A stretch of 64,000 nt of DNA from an uncultured Anaerolineales bacterium (GCA_964348195.1 CAYGBX010000003.1:4789-68788); one strand, 5' to 3'; counted from the stretch's first letter, positions 1 through 10,246 are shown. Notes: generated by a model not told the origin, from the letters alone. Made by a program: numbers and translations.

Positions 1-572
1 CGAAAGGTTACCACCTCGAGTATGGATACTCCTGCATGGGATACGAGATTGCCGGCGGGTTGGGGGTGAAGATGGCCGCGCCCGATCGGGAGGTGTATGT
101 CATGGTTGGGGACGGCTCCTACCTGATGATGGCCAACGAGATCGTGACCTCCATCCAGGAGCGGCACAAACTCAACATCGTTCTGGTCAACAACCACGGG
201 TTCTCGAGCATCGGCGGGCTCTCTCAGTCCGTGGGAAGCGGGGGCTTCGGCACCCGGTATCGGTACCGCAACGCCAAGACCGGGCAGCTTGATGGGGACC
301 TCCTGCCAGTGGATCTCGCCGCCAACGCCAAGAGCCTCGGCGCCCACGTCATACAGGCCGCCGACCTGCCCAGCCTCACCGCCGCGCTCCAAGAGGCGAG
401 GCAGACCGATGTCACCACCGTGATCGTCATTGAGACCGACCCGGAAGAGAGGGTGCCCGGGTACGAATCGTGGTGGGATGTCCCCGTAGCAGAAGTATCG
501 GAGATGGCCTCAGTTCAGAAGGCTCGTGCCGAGTATGAGAAGGGCCGCGGGCGGGAGCAGCACCTCCTCTAG
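1..572 (+). CDS. iolD: IolD-like TPP-dependent acylhydrolase (3D-(3,5/4)-trihydroxycyclohexane-1,2-dione hydrolase), C-terminal part; 5' end outside window
   Basis: Open from the window edge in the frame of nt 3 (KGYHLEYGYSCMGYEIAGGLG...VGDGSYLMM...VNNHGF). This is the GDG-x(24-27)-NN TPP-binding motif of the acetolactate-synthase/IolD family. Other iol genes lie in the window. Confidence 0.8.
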   Translation, partial: KGYHLEYGYSCMGYEIAGGLGVKMAAPDREVYVMVGDGSYLMMANEIVTSIQERHKLNIVLVNNHGFSSIGGLSQSVGSGGFGTRYRYRNAKTGQLDGDLLPVDLAANAKSLGAHVIQAADLPSLTAALQEARQTDVTTVIVIETDPEERVPGYESWWDVPVAEVSEMASVQKARAEYEKGRGREQHLL

Positions 573-751
573 TCGGGACGATCGAGTGCCGCAATCAGGA
601 TCATGGACAACGCCCTCGGGAACCAATACCTGACGTCCCATACCCGAGGTCGATGGCCCTGGAGCCTCCTCCACATCCGCGAAGGCACGCCAGTCAGCGT
701 GCAGCTTCCTGACGAGATCCCCGCTCTGCGGGACTGAGGGCTGAACCCACC

Positions 752-1288
752 GTGCCACGTATCCTCGCCATCTGCTTTGACTTCGGCGACACACTGGCCG
801 ACGAGGCCACCGAGGTCAAAGACGAGACCCTAACGACCCTGCGCGCCGAGCTCATCCCCGGTGCGGCTGACGTGCTGCGGGAGCTCAAGCGCCGTGGGTA
901 TCGACTGGCGCTGATTGCCGACGGACGACCAGGGACCTACACCAACGTCCTCGCCCAGCACGGCGTCCACCCTCTGTTCGACGCCTTCGCCATCTCGGAA
1001 CTTCTCGGGGTGGAGAAACCAGATCGCCGCATATTCATGCACGCTCTGGACCACATGGGGATTGACGAGGCCGATTACCCTGCCACGGTGATGGTGGGCA
1101 ATCGGCTAGACCGCGATGTCAGGGGCGCCAATCAGCTCGGTATGATCAGCGTCTGGATGGACTGGTCGCCTCGAGGGAAGAAGCTCCCTGCTGACGCATG
1201 GGAACGGCCGCGCTACACCATCCGGGAGCCATATGAGCTGCTAGACGTGCTCGAAGCCCTCGAGGAGAGGCCCCCGGAGCTGGGCTGA
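752..1288 (+). CDS. HAD-superfamily hydrolase (phosphatase-like)
   Basis: GTG start. N-terminal motif I FDFGDTL, later LIADG and GNRLDRDV, matching the HAD motif I-IV pattern. 178 aa. Confidence 0.75.
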   Translation: MPRILAICFDFGDTLADEATEVKDETLTTLRAELIPGAADVLRELKRRGYRLALIADGRPGTYTNVLAQHGVHPLFDAFAISELLGVEKPDRRIFMHALDHMGIDEADYPATVMVGNRLDRDVRGANQLGMISVWMDWSPRGKKLPADAWERPRYTIREPYELLDVLEALEERPPELG

Positions 1289-1559
1289 GCGGGCCACTTT
1301 CTACCCAAGCGCCAAAACCAAGACTTGTGCGCACCCGGGCGAATCTCGAGTCGCTCCAGCGAGGAGCTAGGTCGCTCGTTGACCCCCCGATTCGCGCCAT
1401 TCGCCTCCGCAATCACTGCACCAGAAAGGCGATACTTCAGAGGCGGCAGAATGAGAAGCGCCGCTGGGATGGTTCCTTGAGTGAGCATCAATACTAGGAG
1501 CTAGAGCATGCTCCAGCCGATAGAAAGTCAGAACCGTGCGCACAAAGGCAGGGTGCACC

Positions 1560-2260
<701 letters not shown>

Positions 2261-2267
2261 CTCGCGA

Positions 2268-3917
2268 TCAAAGAGCTCGCCCGAGCTGCCGGTAGGTTTC
2301 TGCCTCACTGCGCCGGCGCGCTTCGTCCCAACCAAGTTCTTCTGCCAGAAGCTCGACCACGCGGGGCAGCGCCTCGATTGCCGCTGCCGGATCAAGGAAT
2401 GCCAGCCTTGTCCGGCGAGCGAGAACGTCGAGAGCGGTTTGCGCCAGTTCTTGGCGCGCTGCCCAAATCACCTCGGCCTCAATGTACGGGTAAGCGGGCG
2501 CTAGGCGTCCATCCAGGCCCTGTGCCGCTATGGCCCCCACCTCTTCGGCCCGATCGCCGTAGGCACGCTGCAGGTTCGCCGCCACCGGCGTGTCTAGAGA
2601 ATAGGCCGTCGCAAGCCGGCTGGCGGTCTGTGGCCCGTACCGCGCGCCTCCGACCAGCCGTATTTGGTCGGTGCTGCAGCTCGATCCTCGACGCAAGCCA
2701 CAATGCCGAACCGCGAAATTCATGGCGTCTTCCGCCATCTTCCGGTAGGTGGTCCATTTGCCCCCGGTGATGGTGATGAGATTTGAGGCGCTCAGCACAA
2801 TAACATGGTCGCGCGACAGCCGTGCCGTATCCTTCGCATCAGGAACCGCGACCAGAGGCCTGATCCCAGACCAGGCGGCCTGAACGTCGGCGCGGGTCAC
2901 TTGGAGATTGGAGTACATGTTCACGTGGTGCAGCAGGTAGTCGATCTCCTGCCCGCGAACCTGTGGGTGTTCACTGAGCTCAGTAGGGTTGTCGGTCGTT
3001 CCAATCAAGATATTGCCCAACCATGGCAGGACGAACAACACCCGCCCGTCCTCCGTCTCGGGTATGAGCAGACCTGCGTCCGGAGAGTCGAATTGGGTCT
3101 TGAGAACAACATGCACACCCGAGCTGACGCTCAGCATCGGCTCCGCATGGGGGTCATCCAGTTTGCGGACCTGATCGGCAAATGGACCTGTGGCGTTGAT
3201 CAGGGTGTTGGCTCTGATTTCCCAACGGTCGCCTGTGAGCTTGTCTTGGACCTGTGCTCCCGTCACACGCCCGGTTTCCTTCACGAGGGAGGTCACCTCG
3301 ACATGGTTGACCACCACCGCGCCATGGTTAATTGCCGTCACTGCGATGGCTAGGTTCATGCGCGCGTCGTCGAACTGTCCATCGTAGTAGAGAACCGCGC
3401 CGAGGAGCCTCTCAGGCTTCAGGATCGGGCAGCGCTCCAGTGCTTCTCCGGTTCGAAGGAAACGGCTCGAGCCAATACTCCCTTTGCCTGCCAGCGCATC
3501 GTAGATCTTGAGGCCGACCCAATAGTATGGGACCTGCCAAGCACGGTAGAGCGGTACAACGAGGGGGATCGAATTGGCAAGATGAGGGGCGATGCGGAGA
3601 AGTACGGATCGCTCGCGAAGCGCATCGCGAACCAAGTTGAACTGACCGCGATCCAGTTCTCTGACAGCCTTCTCCAGGTAGCCTACACCACCATGAATAA
3701 GCTTGGTGCTGCGCGAGGACGTGCCCGAGGCAAAATCGTTCTTCTCGACCAAAGCGATCTTCAACCCTCGGCACGCGGCTTCCAACGCGATACCGGTACC
3801 CGTGGCCCCGCCGCCGATCACCAGCAGGTCAAAGGTCTCGGCCCGGAGCTTCCCGACAAGGTTCTCCCGCAGAAGAGACCGACTAGGTGTGGCTTTCGAG
3901 CCATTGCTCGAGGTCAC
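2268..3917 (-). CDS. glpD: FAD-dependent glycerol-3-phosphate dehydrogenase
   Basis: 549 aa. N-terminal dinucleotide fold DLLVIGGGATGTGIALEAACRGLKIALVEKNDFASGTSSRSTKLIHGG, typical of GlpD. Full-length intact ORF. Confidence 0.9.
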   Translation of the reverse strand: MTSSNGSKATPSRSLLRENLVGKLRAETFDLLVIGGGATGTGIALEAACRGLKIALVEKNDFASGTSSRSTKLIHGGVGYLEKAVRELDRGQFNLVRDALRERSVLLRIAPHLANSIPLVVPLYRAWQVPYYWVGLKIYDALAGKGSIGSSRFLRTGEALERCPILKPERLLGAVLYYDGQFDDARMNLAIAVTAINHGAVVVNHVEVTSLVKETGRVTGAQVQDKLTGDRWEIRANTLINATGPFADQVRKLDDPHAEPMLSVSSGVHVVLKTQFDSPDAGLLIPETEDGRVLFVLPWLGNILIGTTDNPTELSEHPQVRGQEIDYLLHHVNMYSNLQVTRADVQAAWSGIRPLVAVPDAKDTARLSRDHVIVLSASNLITITGGKWTTYRKMAEDAMNFAVRHCGLRRGSSCSTDQIRLVGGARYGPQTASRLATAYSLDTPVAANLQRAYGDRAEEVGAIAAQGLDGRLAPAYPYIEAEVIWAARQELAQTALDVLARRTRLAFLDPAAAIEALPRVVELLAEELGWDEARRRSEAETYRQLGRAL

Positions 3918-3920
3918 GCA

Positions 3921-4574
3921 CTACCTCTCCGTGGTCGTTATGAAGTGAGCGAGAATGTCGCGGACCCCGTCGCCAGTTGGGCGAGGGGCCGCGTAGTAGA
4001 CCAGACGCTTGACCGCCTGGTTGGCATTGGCTGGCGCCGCGCTATGGCCCACCGCGGAGAGGAACTGGAGATCCACGTCAGAATCACCCACCCCCAACAT
4101 CTCCCCGAGCCCATAACCGGTGTGGTCCGCCAAGAAGGCGACGCCCCTGCCCTTGTGGATGCCACGCGGATGCTCATACAGGCAGGATCTGGAGTAGACG
4201 AGATCCACCGTATCGCGCAGCGATCCGAGCGCCGAGGTGGCCTGCTCCCGCAAAGTGTGAGTGTCCTCGGGGTGCGGATGGCCCCACTCCGGGTGTCGCA
4301 GGAACCGATAGCCGTCGGGCACGTAGAGTCCCGCGCCGTTCTCGAAGATCCCGGGCAGGTGGCCGTCGATCGCTTGCAGCATCCCCTCTACATAGGGAGC
4401 CGCACGGCCTGTATAGACGGTGACCTCCGGTCGGGTGGGATCTGCCCGGGCTGCCCGATTCAGTTCGGCCACCTCCTCAAGCAGCCAAAGATCCACGGGT
4501 CTGGCCTCGCCCCGGGTCAGCACCCCATCGATGTCAAACACCATCAGCCGGATCGGAATCACGCCTTGGGGCAC
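3921..4574 (-). CDS. HAD-superfamily hydrolase, subfamily IIB-like (Cof/sugar-phosphate phosphatase-like)
   Basis: GTG start preceded by GAAGGAGG. Motif I VFDIDGVLT and C-terminal GVGDSDVD (motif IV). Ends 4 nt before glpD. Confidence 0.65.
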   Translation of the reverse strand: MPQGVIPIRLMVFDIDGVLTRGEARPVDLWLLEEVAELNRAARADPTRPEVTVYTGRAAPYVEGMLQAIDGHLPGIFENGAGLYVPDGYRFLRHPEWGHPHPEDTHTLREQATSALGSLRDTVDLVYSRSCLYEHPRGIHKGRGVAFLADHTGYGLGEMLGVGDSDVDLQFLSAVGHSAAPANANQAVKRLVYYAAPRPTGDGVRDILAHFITTTER

Positions 4575-5047
4575 GATTCATGCCTCCTTCAGTGCGGTAG
4601 GATCGCCAGTGTAGTTTCACCCATACAGGCTTTCAATCTTGTCGAACGACACGCTGGCCGTCCGCCGAGCCCCCAGCACAGACCCGAAGCCGGTCATGGC
4701 GTCCATCTTGATCACGCTGCCATTCGAAGATGTCGTGCTGGCCCCAATTGACAGCACTGGCGAAGCCGTGTAGGGTGATCACAGAGAGAAGGTCTTCGCT
4801 TCGCAAGGCACGTCTGCAGCAACGCCGGCGCCGTCCAAGCTTCGTTGCCCCTCTACCTTTCCGCGAACGGCTACGCGGAGTCGCGTTTCGTTGAGTGGAG
4901 AGAGTTCATCGCCTGCATTCGGGATGACACGCCGTTGAGAGTGACTGGGCGCGACGGTCGCATTCCGGTGGTCATGGGCTTGGCAGCGCCGTTTCATCAG
5001 GAGAATCGGCCGGTCTAGCCGAGGGAACTTGACCCAGGTTCAAACGG

Positions 5048-6163
5048 ATGACACCGTTTCCAACTGCCGTCATCGGCAGCCTGCCACGACCGAAGTGGGT
5101 GCTGGATCTGCTGATGCACCATCACGCCGGCCATCTCTCTGGCCGTCAGCTTGACGCCGCGCTTGACCGGGCGGTCGGTTTTGCCATAGGACTACAAGAG
5201 ACCGCTGGCATCGACGTCATCTCGGATGGTGAGTGGCGGCGCATCGGCTATTTCGAGGTGTTCGCGGAGCGGGTCGGAGGTTTTCGAGCAGGTGAATACG
5301 CGACCGCGGCTCTGAGACCCGAAGAGGTGCCCGATGCAGGGCGAGCTCTCCCCCAACAATGGGTTCTCAAGCAGTTCAAGCAGGCCTTGGCGGTCGAACC
5401 CATCAGCTACACACAGCCGATCGCCGCCGACGCCGCTCGCTTCCTGCGAGCCAACACCGAGCGCCAGATCAAGGTCGCCTTGCCCTCACCCCACATGGTG
5501 GGCCGCAGGCTCTGGCATCCTGACTACTCCCGGGATGCCTATCCCGCACGACGGGACCTTGTCGAGGCAGTCATCCCGATCCTGCGATCAGAAGTCGAGG
5601 CGCTCCAATCGACCGGTGTCGATCTTGTCCAGTTCGATGATCCATGGTTCTGTTTCTTTGTCGATCCCAATTACCGGCAGCGCTTCGACGATCCAGAGGC
5701 GGAAATGGAAGAGGCCATTGACGGTCTCAATCGGGTGGTCGAAGGGGTCGACGGGATCAAGACGGCACTGCACGTCTGCCGGGGCAACCGCGAGCGAAGC
5801 CTGTACGCTCGCGGGGATTACGAGCCTGTACTGCCCTTCCTGATGGAGGCAAGGGTCGACCAACTGGCGATGGAGTTCGCGGCGTCGGAGGCGGGGGATA
5901 TCGGGGTTTTCGAAGGGCATTCCTGGGACAAGGAGATCGGGCTCGGCGTGGTCGATGTGCGAAGCCCAGAAGTCGATTCCGAAGAGGTCATCATCGAGCG
6001 GGTCGACCGCGCCCTGAAGCACTTCACGCCGGAGCAGATCACCCTGACCCCCGATTGCGGCTTCGCTCCGAGCAGCACCAATCCTATCCCGTTGAACGAG
6101 GCCTACCTGAAGCTGGAGACCCTGAGCCAAGCCGCCCAGACCTTGCGGAAGCGCTACGCCTAG
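5048..6163 (+). CDS. MetE-like protein (cobalamin-independent methionine synthase catalytic-domain family)
   Basis: 371 aa. N-terminus TAVIGSLPRPKW. Zn-ligand pattern retained: ALHVCRGN (H-x-C), LAMEF (E), TPDCGF (C). The physiological substrate cannot be inferred. Confidence 0.6.
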   Translation: MTPFPTAVIGSLPRPKWVLDLLMHHHAGHLSGRQLDAALDRAVGFAIGLQETAGIDVISDGEWRRIGYFEVFAERVGGFRAGEYATAALRPEEVPDAGRALPQQWVLKQFKQALAVEPISYTQPIAADAARFLRANTERQIKVALPSPHMVGRRLWHPDYSRDAYPARRDLVEAVIPILRSEVEALQSTGVDLVQFDDPWFCFFVDPNYRQRFDDPEAEMEEAIDGLNRVVEGVDGIKTALHVCRGNRERSLYARGDYEPVLPFLMEARVDQLAMEFAASEAGDIGVFEGHSWDKEIGLGVVDVRSPEVDSEEVIIERVDRALKHFTPEQITLTPDCGFAPSSTNPIPLNEAYLKLETLSQAAQTLRKRYA

Positions 6164-6224
6164 GCGGGACATTTCAACTCGACGCCAAGGGACTGGGCGG
6201 CTCCAGCCATGAAAGGAGGTAAGG

Positions 6225-6240
6225 ATCGAATATATTCGAT
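6225..6240. promoter_or_regulatory. 16-bp perfect palindrome ATCGAATATATTCGAT, candidate operator upstream of the ABC operon
   Basis: Perfect inverted repeat in an AT-rich patch. It lies 41 nt upstream of the GTG start of the binding-protein gene (RBS GGGAGGGGAGGAG at 6262-6274). Confidence 0.4.
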
Positions 6241-6280
6241 ACGGTCAACGGCCAAACTTTAGGGAGGGGAGGAGCATAAA

Positions 6281-7720
6281 GTGAGAAAGTATCTTGGGTT
6301 GGCGTATCTCCTGGGTGCTGCCGCTGTCCTGGTCCTGGCCGGATGCGCCACCCCCACCCCCGAAGTGATCGAGGTCCCCGGCGCCGAGCGGGTTGTCGAG
6401 GTCGAGGTCCCCGTCGGCGCCCAACTGGTCACCCTGACCGCGCGCTGCAAGGCCAGCCCCCCCTACGAGAACGGGCGCTGCGACAACCTGGTGGCCGCGA
6501 TAGGCGCCGCCAACACGGCATTGGCCCAGGCGGGCGACGAACGTCGCATCGAAGTCAACCCCATCCAGGATGACGCGGATTGGGGCGACTACAAGACCGA
6601 GTTCGAACTCGCCTCCGAGGCAGGTGAGGCGCCCGACATCATCGTCTCCGGCCACGAGCACATCGGCGACTGGGCCACGGCCGGATATCTCGTCGATGTC
6701 ACGGATCTGCTCGCCGACTACGCCGAATTCGACGACGTGATCGACAGCCTGTGGAGCTCGACCGAGTTGAACGGTCGGCGCTGGGGCGTCCCCCAGGATG
6801 CCGAGGCTCGCCCCATGTACTACAGCAAGCCACTCTTGCGCGAGCTGGGTTGGACCGAGGAAGAGATTGAAAGCCTCGACGAGCGCATCGCCGCCGGCGA
6901 GTTCACCTGGCAAGACATGCTCGACACCGCTGCTGAAGCCGTCGAAAAAGGCATCGTCGAGCCTGGCAACGGCTGGTGGCATCGCCCCGCCAACGGCCCC
7001 GACTTCCTGTATTATTACTACGCCGCCGGGGGAGAGGTTGAGCAGGAGGGATTTGACGGGCTCGTCTTCGACCAGGATGCTGCCCTGAAAGTCTACCAGT
7101 TGCTGTACGATGCCACACAGGTGCGCAGTATCCTGCGGCCCGACCGGCTGGACGGCGACTGGCCCGCCTTCAAGGAGGAAACCGCCCGGTTCGACAAAGT
7201 CATGTTCGTGTTTGAGGGGACATGGCGCTGGGCCTTCTGGCACACCAACATCCTCCAGGAGGAGGGCGGCGAGGACTACCTGTTCGAGAACGTGGGCTTC
7301 GCCCCGATCCCGGCAAATGCTGAGGGCACTGGCCAGGCCATCACGCTGACCCACCCGCTGGTGTATATGATCAGCTCGGAGTCCGAACACCCCGACCTGG
7401 CGCTGCTGCTGATCTCCAAGGCGACGGTCAAGGAGCTCAACACCACCTACGCTGTGGATAGCGGCCACCTGGGCATCCTGAAGTCGCAGTCCGACTACGC
7501 ACCTTACACGAGCGCCAAGTTCTTGAGCGCCACACTGCCGTTGCTCGACTTCACCACCTTCCTGCCCAACAGCCCCTACTGGAGCGCCTACTCGGAAGCC
7601 TACTACCTCGGCATCCAGGCCGTGGAGTCTGGCGATCGGACTCCGGAGGCCGCGCTGGACATCGTTGTGACTCAGCTCCAGAACGAGCTCAGCGACAACG
7701 TGATGATCGTCGGCGGATAA
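6281..7720 (+). CDS. ABC transporter extracellular solute-binding lipoprotein (family 1, sugar-type)
   Basis: Signal peptide plus lipobox VLAGC. 479 aa. Followed by two MalF/MalG-type permeases and a MalK-type ATPase. Confidence 0.85.
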   Translation: MRKYLGLAYLLGAAAVLVLAGCATPTPEVIEVPGAERVVEVEVPVGAQLVTLTARCKASPPYENGRCDNLVAAIGAANTALAQAGDERRIEVNPIQDDADWGDYKTEFELASEAGEAPDIIVSGHEHIGDWATAGYLVDVTDLLADYAEFDDVIDSLWSSTELNGRRWGVPQDAEARPMYYSKPLLRELGWTEEEIESLDERIAAGEFTWQDMLDTAAEAVEKGIVEPGNGWWHRPANGPDFLYYYYAAGGEVEQEGFDGLVFDQDAALKVYQLLYDATQVRSILRPDRLDGDWPAFKEETARFDKVMFVFEGTWRWAFWHTNILQEEGGEDYLFENVGFAPIPANAEGTGQAITLTHPLVYMISSESEHPDLALLLISKATVKELNTTYAVDSGHLGILKSQSDYAPYTSAKFLSATLPLLDFTTFLPNSPYWSAYSEAYYLGIQAVESGDRTPEAALDIVVTQLQNELSDNVMIVGG

Positions 7721-7731
7721 CGACCGTCGGT

Positions 7732-7773
7732 GGCAGGCAGGAGAGGGAGGGCATCTCCTCCCTCTCCCCTGCC
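7732..7773 (+). terminator. Strong GC hairpin after the binding-protein gene (intra-operon attenuator/stabiliser candidate)
   Basis: ggcagg-ca-ggagagggagg / gcatct loop / cctccctctcc-cctgcc. This is 11 + 6 bp of pairing with a 2-nt bulge. No U-tract. Confidence 0.4.
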
Positions 7774-7900
7774 CCGCCGGGCAGGGCGGCATCCCTGCAA
7801 GGACGCGGATCCTCTTTGATGGCGAGGAGTTGCACTCCGAGCCCTAGGTCGGGTGTAGAAACCCCTCCCATCGCGCGTGTAACCAAATGAGGAATCGGAT

Positions 7901-9331
7901 ATGCCGTCAACAAGCCAATCGTTGACTGCCGCACTCCCTGCTTCTCGATCAAGGATATCGGGCCACACGATTGCCATACCCGGCGCGGTGCTGGTCATCA
8001 TCTCGTTTTTCCTGCCGTGGTTTGATTTCATCGCTGGCGCCAAGGCATTAGCAACGCTAAGTGGGTTTCAGGTTGCATCTGGTGTTGCGCTCCTATCGAG
8101 TGAGGGGGCAGAACTCTTCCGCGGCTCCCCAGTTCATTTCCTGGTGCCGATGGTCGGCCTGGTTGTCCTGGTGCTGATCTTTTTTGCCTACCGGCGCGGG
8201 TATGTGACGGAGATGGACGGTTTCGCCACCATCGGCCTGAGCCTGATTGCGCTGCTCACCCTTTGGGGGCGATCCGTGGGAGCGCAGGGTGTTGCTGAGG
8301 AAGAGGGCGTGAACTTGCAGTTTCAATATGGCATGATGGCGGCTTATCTCGCCTTGATCGGGCTGATCGTCGCCGGCGCAATGTATCTGCGCGCCGTCGG
8401 GGAGCGAAAACCCGCCTTCCGCGGCACGTTGGGGGCGTGGGGTTTCATGAGCCCGGCGTCATTTCTCGTGCTGGTGTTCTTCTTTATCCCCGCGATCCTA
8501 CTGTTCATCCTCAGCCTGACCGACCTCTCCAGTTCCAACTTCAGCGATCCCTGGACCTTCATCGGCCTCGGGAACTACAGGAGGATGTTCAGCGACCCGT
8601 TCTTCCCCAAGATATTGGGCAACACCTTTCGCTACGTCATCCTCACGCTGGGCCTCTTCAACGTGGGCCTGGCGCTGGTGCTGGCTCTGTTGACCACCCA
8701 CATCAACCGTCGGGCGGGCTTTTTCTTCCGCCTGCTGTGGCTGCTGCCTCGCATCACACCCTCGGTGGTCTACATTGTGATGTGGCGACGCATCGCCCAA
8801 TCACCTCCCTCCGGCATCGCCAACCAGTTCTTGGGGATGTTCGGCGCTGAAAACCTGCCCTATTGGCTCCCCGAGCAGCCGTGGCTTTTTGTCATCCTGG
8901 TCAACGGCTTCGTCGGCGCCTCCTTCGGCCTGATCATCTTCAGCTCGGCCATCGAAGCCATTCCCAAAGACCTCGTCACAGCGGCGAAAGTGGATGGGGC
9001 CTCGGCATGGCACATCATCCGCGATATCACCCTCCCCCTACTGAAGTGGCCGCTGCTGTTCGTGACCACCTACCAGACCCTCTCGCTGCTCGTGTCCTTT
9101 GAGTACATCCTGCTGCTGACCGAGGGTGGGCCGGGGCTGTTCACCACCGAGGTGTGGGCGCTCACGTCTTACAAGCGGGCCCTGTTCACCTATTTCGGGA
9201 CCAATCAGTGGGGCTACGGTGCGGCCTGGGGGTTTGTCCTGGTGGCCATTGCCATCGGGGCGTCCATCATCTATCTGCGTATCTTTCGTTTCGGCGAGTT
9301 GGTGCAGGAACCCAAAATCGACGTTCTGTAG
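7901..9331 (+). CDS. ABC sugar transporter permease (MalF-like) with ~170-aa extra N-terminal membrane region
   Basis: C-terminal 300 aa have the typical CUT1 permease layout, including the EAA-like loop (AAKVDGASAWHIIRDITLPLL). The N-terminal extension is hydrophobic. Confidence 0.85.
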   Translation: MPSTSQSLTAALPASRSRISGHTIAIPGAVLVIISFFLPWFDFIAGAKALATLSGFQVASGVALLSSEGAELFRGSPVHFLVPMVGLVVLVLIFFAYRRGYVTEMDGFATIGLSLIALLTLWGRSVGAQGVAEEEGVNLQFQYGMMAAYLALIGLIVAGAMYLRAVGERKPAFRGTLGAWGFMSPASFLVLVFFFIPAILLFILSLTDLSSSNFSDPWTFIGLGNYRRMFSDPFFPKILGNTFRYVILTLGLFNVGLALVLALLTTHINRRAGFFFRLLWLLPRITPSVVYIVMWRRIAQSPPSGIANQFLGMFGAENLPYWLPEQPWLFVILVNGFVGASFGLIIFSSAIEAIPKDLVTAAKVDGASAWHIIRDITLPLLKWPLLFVTTYQTLSLLVSFEYILLLTEGGPGLFTTEVWALTSYKRALFTYFGTNQWGYGAAWGFVLVAIAIGASIIYLRIFRFGELVQEPKIDVL

Positions 9332-9343
9332 GCGGGAGCCAAT

Positions 9344-10246
9344 ATGTCAGTAACAACGTTTGAAACCGATCGCGCCTATGGCGCGCGGCGCGTCCTCGGC
9401 CAGACCATTCCCTACGTTCTGCTCATCATCACCATTCTGCCCATCGTGGTCGGCTTTGCCTGGATACTGATCGCCACCTTCTCCGTTCGAACCCACGGTC
9501 TGCTGCCGGTGGATGTCAACGGCAACATCGGCGGGTGGACGCTGCGAAACTGGACTTTCCTGGTGGATCCCCAGATCTGGCAAAGGACCCTGAACTCGTT
9601 CCTGATTGCTATCGGCATGGTCGTCGGGGTTGGATCTGTCTCAACGCTGACCGGCTACGCGCTGGCGCGCATGAACTTCTCTGGGCGCAAGGGCTTCCTG
9701 GGGCTGACCCTGGTGCTGCATGCCTTCCGCCCTGAATTGCTGCTCATCGCCATCTTCCAGGTGCTGCTTTTCGTCGGAGGTCTTCCGCTGATCGGAAACT
9801 GGGTCGGTTTCAACACCGCCGGGGGCGTGGCCCTGGTCATGGTTGCCCTAGAACTGCCGCTTGGGGTGTGGTTGATGAAGGGCTTCTTCGACAACATCCC
9901 CTGGGATATGGAGCGGTCCGCGCTCATTGACGGGGCCTCGCGCTTCCGCGTCTGGTGGGAGATCATCCTCCCCCAGATCCGTCCCGGCCTGGCCGCGCTG
10001 GCCATCTTCAACTTCATCACCGGCTGGAACGCCTGGTTGATCCCCTTCACCTTCACCATCGGCACAACGACATCCAACCTAGCGATCTACATCAACCAAC
10101 TTTCGACCAGCGACATGTCGCCCGTCCACTGGAACCAGATCGCCGCTGTCGGGCTATTTCAACTCGTCCCGGTGATGATCTTCTTCATCTTCACCCAGGA
10201 GATGCTGCTCAACATTTACTCCGGCGGGGTCAAAGGGGGGACGTAA
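9344..10246 (+). CDS. ABC sugar transporter permease (MalG-like)
   Basis: 300 aa, six hydrophobic segments, EAA loop SALIDGASRFRVWWEIILPQIRPG. Confidence 0.9.
   Translation: MSVTTFETDRAYGARRVLGQTIPYVLLIITILPIVVGFAWILIATFSVRTHGLLPVDVNGNIGGWTLRNWTFLVDPQIWQRTLNSFLIAIGMVVGVGSVSTLTGYALARMNFSGRKGFLGLTLVLHAFRPELLLIAIFQVLLFVGGLPLIGNWVGFNTAGGVALVMVALELPLGVWLMKGFFDNIPWDMERSALIDGASRFRVWWEIILPQIRPGLAALAIFNFITGWNAWLIPFTFTIGTTTSNLAIYINQLSTSDMSPVHWNQIAAVGLFQLVPVMIFFIFTQEMLLNIYSGGVKGGT

Noticed and set aside
3582-4751. 389-aa ORF on the plus strand
   Set aside because: It is antisense to glpD and the HAD-IIB gene and has no recognisable motifs. It is a shadow ORF.
4780-5047. Cobalamin or SAM riboswitch upstream of the MetE-like gene
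   Set aside because: CATCAGGAGAATCGGCC weakly resembles a B12 box. The GGGAA...GGTGNAAATCC...GCCACTG core and the SAM-I GAGGGA/GCAACC elements are absent. An Infernal scan would be needed to be sure.
6245-7792. 515-aa ORF on the minus strand
   Set aside because: It is antisense to the clearly coding solute-binding protein gene. The product is Gly/Ala/Val/Arg/Asp-rich low complexity with no domain. This is a typical shadow ORF of high-GC DNA.
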